DNA from: a virus
Lineage: Duplodnaviria; Caudoviricetes
Length of the DNA stretch: 51,185 bases
Virus record (IMG/VR): IMGVR_UViG_3300027747_001067
Coordinates: 1-51,185 of that record
Reading direction: 5' to 3' (one strand)
The first letter of the stretch is position 1; the number at the start of each line of letters is the position of its first letter. This document shows positions 8,723 through 16,943 of the stretch, piece by piece. A program made the translations under genes and the position numbers. The notes under the pieces were generated by a model. That model was given only the letters and a program-made list of their open reading frames with translations, was not told the DNA's origin and made no database searches.

Positions 8723-9114
8723 CAGAAGGGCACGTGCTCTGGGTCGAGGAGGCGGGCATAAGCATCGAGCCCATCCGAGATCTTGCCTGCTGCATCCATG
8801 GCATCCAGGTTCTTCTTGTGGAACTGAGCATTGTCGGCGCTGTGGATGAGGTGGTTGATGGTGGTACGCAGACCACGCATGCAGTCGGCCAGGAACAGAC
8901 GACGACCATTCTCAATTGGGCCAATCTTGTCAGGGGTGACCAGCTTAGCCGCGTACTTGTAGAAGGCATCCCTCACCTCGCGGAAGGTGTTGTATGACTC
9001 GTACGACAGGCAGTTGTGCTCGTCCTCGAACTTGAAGGTCCCGTCCTTCATGACATAGATGTGCGGGCACATGGGCACGTTACCGATCACGGTTGTGCTA
9101 TTAGTGTTGTACAC
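8722..9114 (-). CDS. Hypothetical protein
   Basis: 130 aa, GTG start after ATAAGGAG. Confidence 0.7.
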   Translation of the reverse strand: MYNTNSTTVIGNVPMCPHIYVMKDGTFKFEDEHNCLSYESYNTFREVRDAFYKYAAKLVTPDKIGPIENGRRLFLADCMRGLRTTINHLIHSADNAQFHKKNLDAMDAAGKISDGLDAYARLLDPEHVPF

Positions 9115-9207
9115 GGTAGTGACTCCTTATGTGGAGGTTGTGTGTGAGTCGGTGGAGGTGTACACCCACCACCACGCGCTCAACCCCTTACGCCCCCCTC
9201 CCCTTTT
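9115..9207 (-). promoter_or_regulatory. Repeated early-gene leader module, copy 3
   Basis: AAAAGGGGAGGGG, then GGTGGGTGTACACCTCCACC hairpin, then CATAAGGAG. Confidence 0.6.
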
Positions 9208-9261
9208 GAAACTTGGTGTATGGCGTTACTATCTCCCCCCGGATCGGGGACACATAGCCGT

Positions 9262-9302
9262 CAAAAGAAAGCGACCCAGAGGCTCCGTAACCTCTGAGTC
9301 GC
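9262..9302 (-). terminator. Intrinsic terminator
   Basis: Minus strand GCGACTCAGAGG-loop-CCTCTGGGTCGC followed by TTTCTTTTG, just after the stop of 9309..9614. Confidence 0.8.
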
Positions 9303-9308
9303 GATCTG

Positions 9309-9614
9309 TTACTTCGTGGTCTTGCGCATATACACCGAGAGTTGCTCGGTACGATCCGCGCCCTTGCCGCGGGTTTCGCGCACGATCACGGTATCACCGA
9401 CCTGCTTCACGACAGGCACAGCAGCGATCCACGCATTCGAAGGCGAGCCGGCCTCGTCGAACGTCTCGTACTGCACGATCGCATACGGACTGGTCACCTT
9501 GTTGAGGGTGATGTCGGTCAGGTCGATCACCGCCGCACGGAACTTGACCTTGTTCGCAGAGGGTTGCTTAGCGGACGCGGCCTTCATCAATTCCTCAGTT
9601 GTTACCTTAGCCAT
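9309..9614 (-). CDS. Hypothetical protein (beta-rich, possibly nucleic-acid binding)
   Basis: 101 aa with strong ATAAGGAG RBS and its own terminator. Confidence 0.75.
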   Translation of the reverse strand: MAKVTTEELMKAASAKQPSANKVKFRAAVIDLTDITLNKVTSPYAIVQYETFDEAGSPSNAWIAAVPVVKQVGDTVIVRETRGKGADRTEQLSVYMRKTTK

Positions 9615-9705
9615 ATCAGTATCTCCTTATGCAAGACAGCGACGATAAGTTGAGGTGTACTCACACCACCAACTGCTGTCATTACCTTCAGCCCTTCTCC
9701 CTTTT
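9615..9705 (-). promoter_or_regulatory. Repeated early-gene leader module, copy 4
   Basis: AAAAGGGAGAAGGG, then AGTTGGTGGTGTGAGTACACCTCAACT hairpin, then CTTGCATAAGGAG. Confidence 0.6.
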
Positions 9706-9832
9706 AATTGTTATAGGACTCACTTCACTGGCGCGCCAGCGCCGGGGGGCCTATGCCCCCCTAGGCCGGAGGCCGTAGTGAGAATGAAAGGGGGAACCCG
9801 TCCCAAAATTTCCTTCCGCGTTCCATGGACCC

Positions 9833-10018
9833 GACCACACTGACCACCCCGACCATGTCTCCAAAAAACCGTACACCCTATAGCCCAATCGCTCACTAGT
9901 TTCTCTATTTACCTGGTCTCCCTGGTCAGAAGAGTATAAGTAAGGGAAATACAAGCACTTAGCCTAGACCACACCCCTGGTCATAACCTGGTCGGACGTG
10001 GTCACCCCTCCTTGACCA
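9833..10018. repeat. GACCA/TGGTC pentamer cluster, putative replication origin
   Basis: GACCA at 9833, 9842, 9851, 9967, 10014; TGGTC at 9914, 9923, 9978, 9989, 9999; A/T-rich patch ~9928-9960; at the 3' end of the helicase gene. Confidence 0.65.
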
Positions 10019-11399
10019 CCAGCCCCCTGACGCCCCTAATGCGCTCATCCCCCAATCGAGCCCTAACAAGCTTCCATGTACTCTCCTCAACCATCCTATG
10101 AACGAGCTGAGCCTGCGACACCTCCTCCCGATACCCCACTCGAGCCTTCCATTGCTTCCAGATCCCCCACAGATTGGTCGTACTGACGAATCCCCCATCG
10201 CTTTCCACGAAATGGGACTCCAAGAAGTCCTGCACGGGGTTGTTCAGGGACTGGAAACGCCCCACAACTTCCTCTGCCGCCGCTGGAACTGGCCACAACT
10301 GACTCGAATCGGTCTCCTCAAGCAGTTCCTTAGCCCCCTGCAGCGCCCACGCCGCAATACCCGCAGTCTCCGCAGCCAACTTTGACGCCAACTGCAGGTC
10401 CTCCCGGCCCAAAAAGCTATTGGTAAACGGCAGAACCAGCATCTTGCTGGCCAAACCCTGCCCCTTATTGGGCAACTTGGGGATCTCATTGCTCTGAACC
10501 ACCAAGAAACCCGGGATCACCACATCCCGGATGGGCTCCATGTACTTCCTATCAATGCTTACCGGGTCCCCACCCACGATGTTTTTTAGTGACGCGACCG
10601 CCAATTCACTTTCCCTGGAGTTCAACGCCCCAAATTCACTTACGCTCAGCACCCTAGCCGCCTCTGCACCCCACAACCCAAACTGACTGGCCAACTGAGC
10701 CATGCTCAGACCCCTGAAACCATCACCCATCAGGTTCTTCACCACCCGCATGATCGTTCCCTTGCCGCCACGGACCCGTCCCTGCATCAAAAGCCACCGC
10801 TGCCACCGTCTCCCGGGCATCAACATCGCCCCCATCGCCCTCTGCAGCAGGCTCTTCCACTTCTCATCGCCCCCACTCCACTGTTCCAAGCACGCCATCC
10901 ACGTCGGACACACCGCCGACGGGTCCCACGCGCACCCCACAACCACCGGCTCAAAGAACAGCTCGTCCCTGACCACCGTCTTGCCCGTCAGTACATCGAC
11001 AACCACATCCTCAAACGCAACGCACCGCTCAAGCTCCGGCGTATCGACCACATTCCCCAGCCACGCCGGCGCATAGCTCTGCTTCAACCGAATCAACGCC
11101 CTCAACGCCTGCTGCACGTTCATCACGGTCTGACTCGTAGGCCCCAATCGCCTTGTGTTGATTCCCGTCGGCGTCGGCGTCTGGATGTGCGCATCCTCCA
11201 TCGCCAACCACAGCGCCTCCTCCAACCATCGCTCATCCCTGCGCACCCATTTACCCGCGTACCACTCCCACGGCTCGCCCCGCCACTCCCAAATACCCAT
11301 GCGCCCTTGCGGTGTCGTCCACCTTGCCCGCAAAATAGCCCTAGCAATTGCCATGGGCTCTGCACTGTTCAGCGGGTTCCGTTGCGTCAAGACTTTCAT
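10002..11399 (-). CDS. SF3 helicase, P4 alpha/D5-like, without a recognisable primase domain
   Basis: CPTWMACLEQW (D5_N-like), Walker A GRVRGGKGT, SVSEF, LKNIVGGDPVSIDRKY, VVQSNEIPKL, LVLPFTNSF; AGGAGG RBS. Confidence 0.88.
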   Translation of the reverse strand: MKVLTQRNPLNSAEPMAIARAILRARWTTPQGRMGIWEWRGEPWEWYAGKWVRRDERWLEEALWLAMEDAHIQTPTPTGINTRRLGPTSQTVMNVQQALRALIRLKQSYAPAWLGNVVDTPELERCVAFEDVVVDVLTGKTVVRDELFFEPVVVGCAWDPSAVCPTWMACLEQWSGGDEKWKSLLQRAMGAMLMPGRRWQRWLLMQGRVRGGKGTIMRVVKNLMGDGFRGLSMAQLASQFGLWGAEAARVLSVSEFGALNSRESELAVASLKNIVGGDPVSIDRKYMEPIRDVVIPGFLVVQSNEIPKLPNKGQGLASKMLVLPFTNSFLGREDLQLASKLAAETAGIAAWALQGAKELLEETDSSQLWPVPAAAEEVVGRFQSLNNPVQDFLESHFVESDGGFVSTTNLWGIWKQWKARVGYREEVSQAQLVHRMVEESTWKLVRARLGDERIRGVRGLVVKEG

Positions 11400-11438
11400 C
11401 GCGTATCCTCCTGTTGTTCAGCCCTCTAAGGAGCCTCT

Positions 11439-12851
11439 ATGTCCAGCATGAACTTTCCGAATCTTCCGTTGCCCACGTCTACCGGCAATCCAATGAGCAA
11501 CCCAATGGGTCGGAGCTACATGTCCGACCCCAATGCAAACCTGTCTTTTGCTAAGAATTCGGGCGCGGCTTCGGGTGTTGTTGGAGGCGGCGGCAGGGCA
11601 GCTCCGATTAGTCTGGAACAACAGATCCAAACGCTGACTCAGGAGTGCGCCGAGTATTCTAAGGCAAACCCCGGTGGACCGCAAGATCAAAACTGCCAAC
11701 AGCGCCTAAATCAGCTGATTCAAAGCCGAAACACAGCTGCCCCTTCGCCAAGTCCTGGCTACTCAGACAGCACAACCCAGGACCAGCCAGAGAGCAGTGG
11801 CAGTGGGCGAAATAAGCAGCAGGCTCGTGCGGGAGCACCCGTAGACCCGGGCACAGACGAGATTGAGCGTCTCACCTTGATCCTTAACGCAACCCAGGAT
11901 CCTTACCTTCGAGCTCAACTTACGTCCCGCATCCATGACATCCTGTACACAAAGCGAAAGACCATGGAGAAGGAAGAATCGGAAGCACGCCGCACAGCAT
12001 TCCTTGAGCGAAAGCAACGTGGTGATGCTGCAAGGCAAAAGAACCTTGCTGACCGCAAGGCCCAAGCCGAGACATCCCGCAAGCGTATTGAAGCAAACGC
12101 AACAAAGAACGCAGAAGCCGACGGCAGCAACCGAGGCGCATATGCCACTGCCCTTGCAGAAGGTCGCATTACTCCAGAGGAGTACGCCCGCCTTATGGGC
12201 GACACTCTCGGCGAAGGCTCCAACGTCACTACTGCCCCGCCTCCTCCTCCAAACCCAGTTGACGTTGTGAGCTCCAAGGAGTTCTTGGATCTTGCTAGGT
12301 CTGTTGCTCCACAGCCCAAGCCGCCAACCATTGTGCCTGAACAAGCCAAGATTGGTGGTGTTGTTCCCCAGACCCCAGGCGAAGCAATAACTGCTGCACG
12401 TGCCCGCCGCATTAGCCAACAGCACAGTCGAACACCTACGTCACCATTCCCACCTGCTGAAGCAAATGTTGGAGGGGTGCCCGATCATTTGAAGCCGCTG
12501 CCGCCAGAGGGACCTGGTCGTCAGTTTGCAAAGGCCCCTGACAATCTCAGCGTTCAGCCCAACACCCCAATGTTTGGAAACCCCAACAACAGGGAGTACG
12601 GCAGGGACTTCCGCACCAACCCAATGCAGGCTTATGCAGATACGGTTGGTGGCTACGCGGGTGCAGCTGGCAATCTGGCTGCTCAAGCTTTTGGTGATCG
12701 CCTTGCCCCTATTCGACAGAAGGCAATGAACGGCGAAATTTCGTGGGAGCAGTTCCGCAAGTTTGAGGAAATGTACAACGCTGGCAGCATCTTCCCAGGC
12801 GAAGGCGAATTCGGAGCAATAACGAGCGGATACGGAAACATTGGCCCCTAA
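11439..12851 (+). CDS. Low-complexity hypothetical protein (possible internal virion protein)
   Basis: 470 aa rich in P/G/Q/A with a central coiled coil; TAAGGAG RBS. Confidence 0.7.
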   Translation: MSSMNFPNLPLPTSTGNPMSNPMGRSYMSDPNANLSFAKNSGAASGVVGGGGRAAPISLEQQIQTLTQECAEYSKANPGGPQDQNCQQRLNQLIQSRNTAAPSPSPGYSDSTTQDQPESSGSGRNKQQARAGAPVDPGTDEIERLTLILNATQDPYLRAQLTSRIHDILYTKRKTMEKEESEARRTAFLERKQRGDAARQKNLADRKAQAETSRKRIEANATKNAEADGSNRGAYATALAEGRITPEEYARLMGDTLGEGSNVTTAPPPPPNPVDVVSSKEFLDLARSVAPQPKPPTIVPEQAKIGGVVPQTPGEAITAARARRISQQHSRTPTSPFPPAEANVGGVPDHLKPLPPEGPGRQFAKAPDNLSVQPNTPMFGNPNNREYGRDFRTNPMQAYADTVGGYAGAAGNLAAQAFGDRLAPIRQKAMNGEISWEQFRKFEEMYNAGSIFPGEGEFGAITSGYGNIGP

Positions 12852-12855
12852 TCTG

Positions 12856-13272
12856 ATGTACATCTCCTTCGGTGGGGGGATGCGCCTTGTCGGTGAGGAC
12901 TACATGATCCGAGAGCTCTCTGCTCTTGGCTTGTCTCGCCGCGGCTTTCGCCAGCTCTGCCGCAAGCTACAAGTCCCACTTATCCACGCACCCGGCGATC
13001 GCATCCTCGTCGACCTCATCGCATTCATGTTGGCGATGCGCACCATCTCACGACCCGGTGCACCTGACTTCTCGCTGCCCGGCTCCCAGCATCGGCCTGG
13101 TACACGCAACTCGCTGCCTTCGCAAGAACTGATTGACGCAATGCCGGAGACCGTCTCGCTCCTTGAGAACGGTCGCAAGATGTTTGGCATAGTCAAACCC
13201 GGCACCTTAAGATCTGCTGCCGGCGAAGTGGTCGCTCGGCTCAAGGACACGCAGAGCAAGGTGCAACAGTAA
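12856..13272 (+). CDS. Hypothetical protein, possibly DNA-binding
   Basis: ORF 12841..13272, ATG at 12856; basic helical segment GLSRRGFRQLCRKLQVP; TAATG overlap with the next gene. Confidence 0.65.
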   Translation: MYISFGGGMRLVGEDYMIRELSALGLSRRGFRQLCRKLQVPLIHAPGDRILVDLIAFMLAMRTISRPGAPDFSLPGSQHRPGTRNSLPSQELIDAMPETVSLLENGRKMFGIVKPGTLRSAAGEVVARLKDTQSKVQQ

Positions 13273-16199
13273 TGGCTGAATACACATCCAACGAGATCTA
13301 CAAGTTCCTTAAGATCTTTGCCGACAAGATGGGCTATAAGTTGGATGCGGATAAGCGCGGCCCCTTTGAGTACGAAGGCAAGCTGAAGCAGGGCGGCCCA
13401 ACTGTGGCCAACCAGATGCTTGCCGAGCTTGCCCGCAAGGTTGTGTCGTCCGGACTGATTGGCGACCTTGACATGCGCCAGGCATTTCTGGACTTCTCAG
13501 GTGAGCTGGAAGCAGCCGATACCCATCGCCGTTTGAAGCGCGAAGTTGCTAAGGCGCCTGGCAAGGAAGCAGAAGTTCGCGTACCCATCCACTCACGCAC
13601 GGGCCGACCCCTCGGCATCCAGCGTCCAGACGGAAGCATTGTCAAGCTGCACCTCAAGCAGTCTGACGTTGAAGAAATTGAGGGGATGGCAAAGCGAGCA
13701 CCTAAATTCAGCGGCTACTTCCAAAAAGCTGGAGAGCGAAAGAAGGGTGTGCCGTACGATCCGGTTGTTGACATTGACATGTATGGCCCAGACATACGCA
13801 AGGCTGTACTCAAGAAGGTTCTAGCCCGCCATAGGGAAGCCGGAGGTTGGGTCAAGGGCTCCAAGGTTGTGGAGATGTACGGGACCAAGACGGCTCTTTC
13901 CCGAGAACGTGGCCCTAGCCGCATTCCCAAAGAGTTCCCCGGCGAAACTGAGCAGCAAAAGAAGTCTCGCAGTCTACTGCTTAAAAGGATGCAGGAGGAA
14001 GCGGACGCGCCGGACAAGCCAGATCGTTTCCGCAGTGCGCTTGAAGAAGCTGCCGCCGAAGCCCTGGGCCCCAAGAACCGAAACATCTTTGGCCAGATCA
14101 AGGGCGGTGGGCCCATGGTTGCACGAAAGCCAGAAGTGCAAACTACCCCCCTAAGGGATTTTAAGTACGACCTCCCACCGGGTGTTGACCAGGTGCTTGT
14201 CGACGGCAAGTACATGTTCAGCTACCCAGGCTCCAAGAAGCCCGGCACCATTGATGACGTGTACGCCTACTTCAAGAAGCAGGTAAAGGGTCTTGATCCG
14301 GATGCGCTTGACAACCTAAAGCGCGTAGCCACTGCCAAGGAAGCTATCAAGTTCCAGATGGAAGATCCTTCCGGTGCAGACACTGCACTTGATACCTATG
14401 CCGGTGTCAAGGCTCGCAAGGCTGGGGGGACCCGCAATCCGGATGAGTATGAAGTTGCTGAGCGTCGTGCCAGCAAGAAGCAAATGTACGACGAGATGGC
14501 CCCCTCCGACCGGAAGGCTCGTGAGACTGCAGCGGCCATTCGCGAGCAAGAAGAAAACAGGCCACCCTACCTGAGCCCCGGCCGCCGACTCTTCTCAGCC
14601 CCTGGGTCTAAGCAGTGGGAATTCATGAACAAGTCGGTCAAGAAGCTGAAGGCATACCTGCGCAAGAGCGGGATGCCGGAGCCGGAGATTGAAGCCAAAG
14701 TTCTCAAGATCCTGAAGCCGTACATTGACAGCATTCACTCTGCAAAGTTTGAAACGCGCAAGGCAACCAAGAAGAGTCTTGAGAAGCCGCAGAACGTCCC
14801 CTACTTCCAGATGACAAAGCCCGATGCTCAGGGCAAGTCAATGAAGGCAATCATTGTTCCTGGCGAAGACCAGAGTACGAATGAGGTGGACGGGGTGCGT
14901 GCCTATGAAGTTAAGGCTGCAACCCAAGTCATCAAGGCCCTGCAAGCAGAGGAAGCCAAGGTTCGTTTGGAAATGGCCCGTCAAGCCGAAAGATCAGGCA
15001 CAAAGGACGCAGTGGCTGACGCCATGGCGGAAATGGAAGCAGAAGGCCTGTCTCTTTCTCGCAAGTCTTTGGGCAAGCGGCCATTCAACGCGTCGAAGAC
15101 CAAGGACCTCATCACTGGCCCATTTGCACGCACTGCCGAAGAGGTGGGTGCACTTCAGGGTGCCGCGGCAAACCGTGGCACCAAGCTTGGCACTATGGTT
15201 GAGAACTCGGTAAGGGACCTCCTCAAGAGGAACTTGTCCAAGCCCGAGCTGGAAACGGCACTCAACTCCGTTCGAAAGAATTTCAAAGAACGCTACAACC
15301 TCAGCCCGGCCAACTTTATGCGGATTGCGTCTGCCTTTGACGACCGTATCAAGGACCTAGTAACGGTGGACATTACTACCGCGGCACAGCAGAAGCAGCG
15401 TCGTGAGTTCTTGGAACGGCCTGATGTTCGCTCGTCAGAAGGCCAAGTCGGTACCCCTGATACCCCAAAAAAGACACTTCAGCAGACCATTGAAGAGCAC
15501 AAGAGGCAGGGGTCGTGGAACCAAGCTGCCGAAGCTGAGCAGCAGGGGCGAATTAGTAAGCGCATTGCAGACTACCTCCGTCTGGCCCGAGGTGAGGCTG
15601 ACATTTCAGTTGGCAAGGCGCTTAGCCCAGCGGAACGTACACAAGAGGCACGCGCCGCCAATGGTGCCCCAGAAGAAGTGATGGCTCGTGCTGGAACCAG
15701 CATGCGCCGGTCGCTTGAGGGCAAGCGGGACTTTGCTATTGCAGACAAGCGTCGCCGAGTGGCTGCCAAGCTCAAGCAGTTGATGGACCCCCGCATGTCC
15801 GCAGCTGTGCAAAGGGCCCTAGAAAACCCGGTTACCCGAGTGGAAATGCAGGGGACTGAGCGAGATCGAGTGGCCGACATGCTTAACGAGCTCATCACCA
15901 CCCACGTGGGGGGACGCGGAGCCACCGATCTGTTGGGCCCCACTTCGGACACCGGTGTCTCCATGCCTTGGGAGCCTACAAACTACACGCCTCGCCTTCA
16001 GGGCCGATCGCCCGTTGAGACCGAGGCTCCCGACTTGGGGGCTCTGCTGAGACTTGGCAAGGCAGATCGTCCGGTGCAGGGTCCGGCCCCGGCTCCAGTG
16101 GCACGGGAGATTCCGGCTGTGGAGTCCCGTTTGTCTGCTAAGATCCTGGAGCGTCTGAAGAAAACTGGTTCGTATAAGCGACCGACGCGACGTAGGTAA
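13272..16199 (+). CDS. Large Lys/Arg-rich hypothetical protein
   Basis: 975 aa ORF with TAATG overlaps at both ends; no motif recognised. Confidence 0.8.
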   Translation: MAEYTSNEIYKFLKIFADKMGYKLDADKRGPFEYEGKLKQGGPTVANQMLAELARKVVSSGLIGDLDMRQAFLDFSGELEAADTHRRLKREVAKAPGKEAEVRVPIHSRTGRPLGIQRPDGSIVKLHLKQSDVEEIEGMAKRAPKFSGYFQKAGERKKGVPYDPVVDIDMYGPDIRKAVLKKVLARHREAGGWVKGSKVVEMYGTKTALSRERGPSRIPKEFPGETEQQKKSRSLLLKRMQEEADAPDKPDRFRSALEEAAAEALGPKNRNIFGQIKGGGPMVARKPEVQTTPLRDFKYDLPPGVDQVLVDGKYMFSYPGSKKPGTIDDVYAYFKKQVKGLDPDALDNLKRVATAKEAIKFQMEDPSGADTALDTYAGVKARKAGGTRNPDEYEVAERRASKKQMYDEMAPSDRKARETAAAIREQEENRPPYLSPGRRLFSAPGSKQWEFMNKSVKKLKAYLRKSGMPEPEIEAKVLKILKPYIDSIHSAKFETRKATKKSLEKPQNVPYFQMTKPDAQGKSMKAIIVPGEDQSTNEVDGVRAYEVKAATQVIKALQAEEAKVRLEMARQAERSGTKDAVADAMAEMEAEGLSLSRKSLGKRPFNASKTKDLITGPFARTAEEVGALQGAAANRGTKLGTMVENSVRDLLKRNLSKPELETALNSVRKNFKERYNLSPANFMRIASAFDDRIKDLVTVDITTAAQQKQRREFLERPDVRSSEGQVGTPDTPKKTLQQTIEEHKRQGSWNQAAEAEQQGRISKRIADYLRLARGEADISVGKALSPAERTQEARAANGAPEEVMARAGTSMRRSLEGKRDFAIADKRRRVAAKLKQLMDPRMSAAVQRALENPVTRVEMQGTERDRVADMLNELITTHVGGRGATDLLGPTSDTGVSMPWEPTNYTPRLQGRSPVETEAPDLGALLRLGKADRPVQGPAPAPVAREIPAVESRLSAKILERLKKTGSYKRPTRRR

Positions 16200-16765
16200 T
16201 GCCCCCCCAGCTACCGCCATCTCAGGGTCCCGTTAACCCACTGACCTCCTTCTTTGCAAGTGAGTCGGTGGGCAACGCGCTTAACGCATCGGGATTTGAC
16301 ATTCATGAGGAAATGGAGACACTGGTCCGACATTTCCGTGATACAGACCCTAACATCTCACTTCGAGCCCACTCCCGGCTCCGTCACGTGATCAGGGAGG
16401 TCGCACAGGCTTCTGGTCTGATTCAGAAGCAATCCGCTGAAGCGATTGAGACGCATGACGGACGCAAGGTAAAGGTCTCCTTTGAGACCTCCAAGCTGGT
16501 GTCCAAGATTCAGGAGAACGTACATGGCATCGTCGACCAAGACCGTCCAGAGTTCGCAAGCACCTACCTCCCCGCAGCCACAGATTCCCCCCATGCCGGA
16601 AGACCCAATCCTGGTGCAGGCGATTCTGCAGTTGGAAGCGATGGACGATCTGCAGATGGCTCGAGCAGCGGGCCAGGTGTTGTACGACCTGGCGATTCAG
16701 GACCCGGTGATCTCGATTGCGAGCCCGGAGACTCTGGGGATGATCTTGAAGACGACGCTTCGTGA
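16199..16765 (+). CDS. Hypothetical protein, candidate terminase small subunit
   Basis: 188 aa with helical N-terminal half, two genes upstream of the terminase large subunit; call is positional only. Confidence 0.55.
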   Translation: MPPQLPPSQGPVNPLTSFFASESVGNALNASGFDIHEEMETLVRHFRDTDPNISLRAHSRLRHVIREVAQASGLIQKQSAEAIETHDGRKVKVSFETSKLVSKIQENVHGIVDQDRPEFASTYLPAATDSPHAGRPNPGAGDSAVGSDGRSADGSSSGPGVVRPGDSGPGDLDCEPGDSGDDLEDDAS

Positions 16766-16943
16766 CGACAATGGCAAGGTGTTTCCGCAGTACTACCCCC
16801 TGCTGAAGCAGTACCTGTCGCACTCGATTGTTGCCCGTGATCCCCGCCTCGTTGCGGTGGCCATCACGCGAATCATCACCGTCCAGCTGTACGCAGCCGG
16901 AAAGCTGAAGAATGCAAATCAAGCGAATCCCGCAACCGCCTGA
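16524..16943 (+). CDS. Hypothetical protein overlapping the upstream gene
   Basis: CAGGAG-7nt-ATG at 16524 (MASSTKTV...MPEDPILVQAIL...); 3' end overlaps the terminase start. Confidence 0.65.
   Translation: MASSTKTVQSSQAPTSPQPQIPPMPEDPILVQAILQLEAMDDLQMARAAGQVLYDLAIQDPVISIASPETLGMILKTTLRDDNGKVFPQYYPLLKQYLSHSIVARDPRLVAVAITRIITVQLYAAGKLKNANQANPATA

Noticed and set aside
7914-9705. Repeated elements as a CRISPR or mini-array
   Set aside because: Copies are degenerate, hundreds of bases apart and separated by genes; they fit leaders or promoters.
9719-9782. Cloverleaf-like fold as a tRNA
   Set aside because: No T-loop (GTTCRA), D-loop or CCA features; no tRNA seen anywhere in the window.
9914-10003. 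TGGTC as T7 primase recognition sites
   Set aside because: The sequence matches, but no T7 gp4-like primase is recognised and the tight phased cluster fits iterons better.
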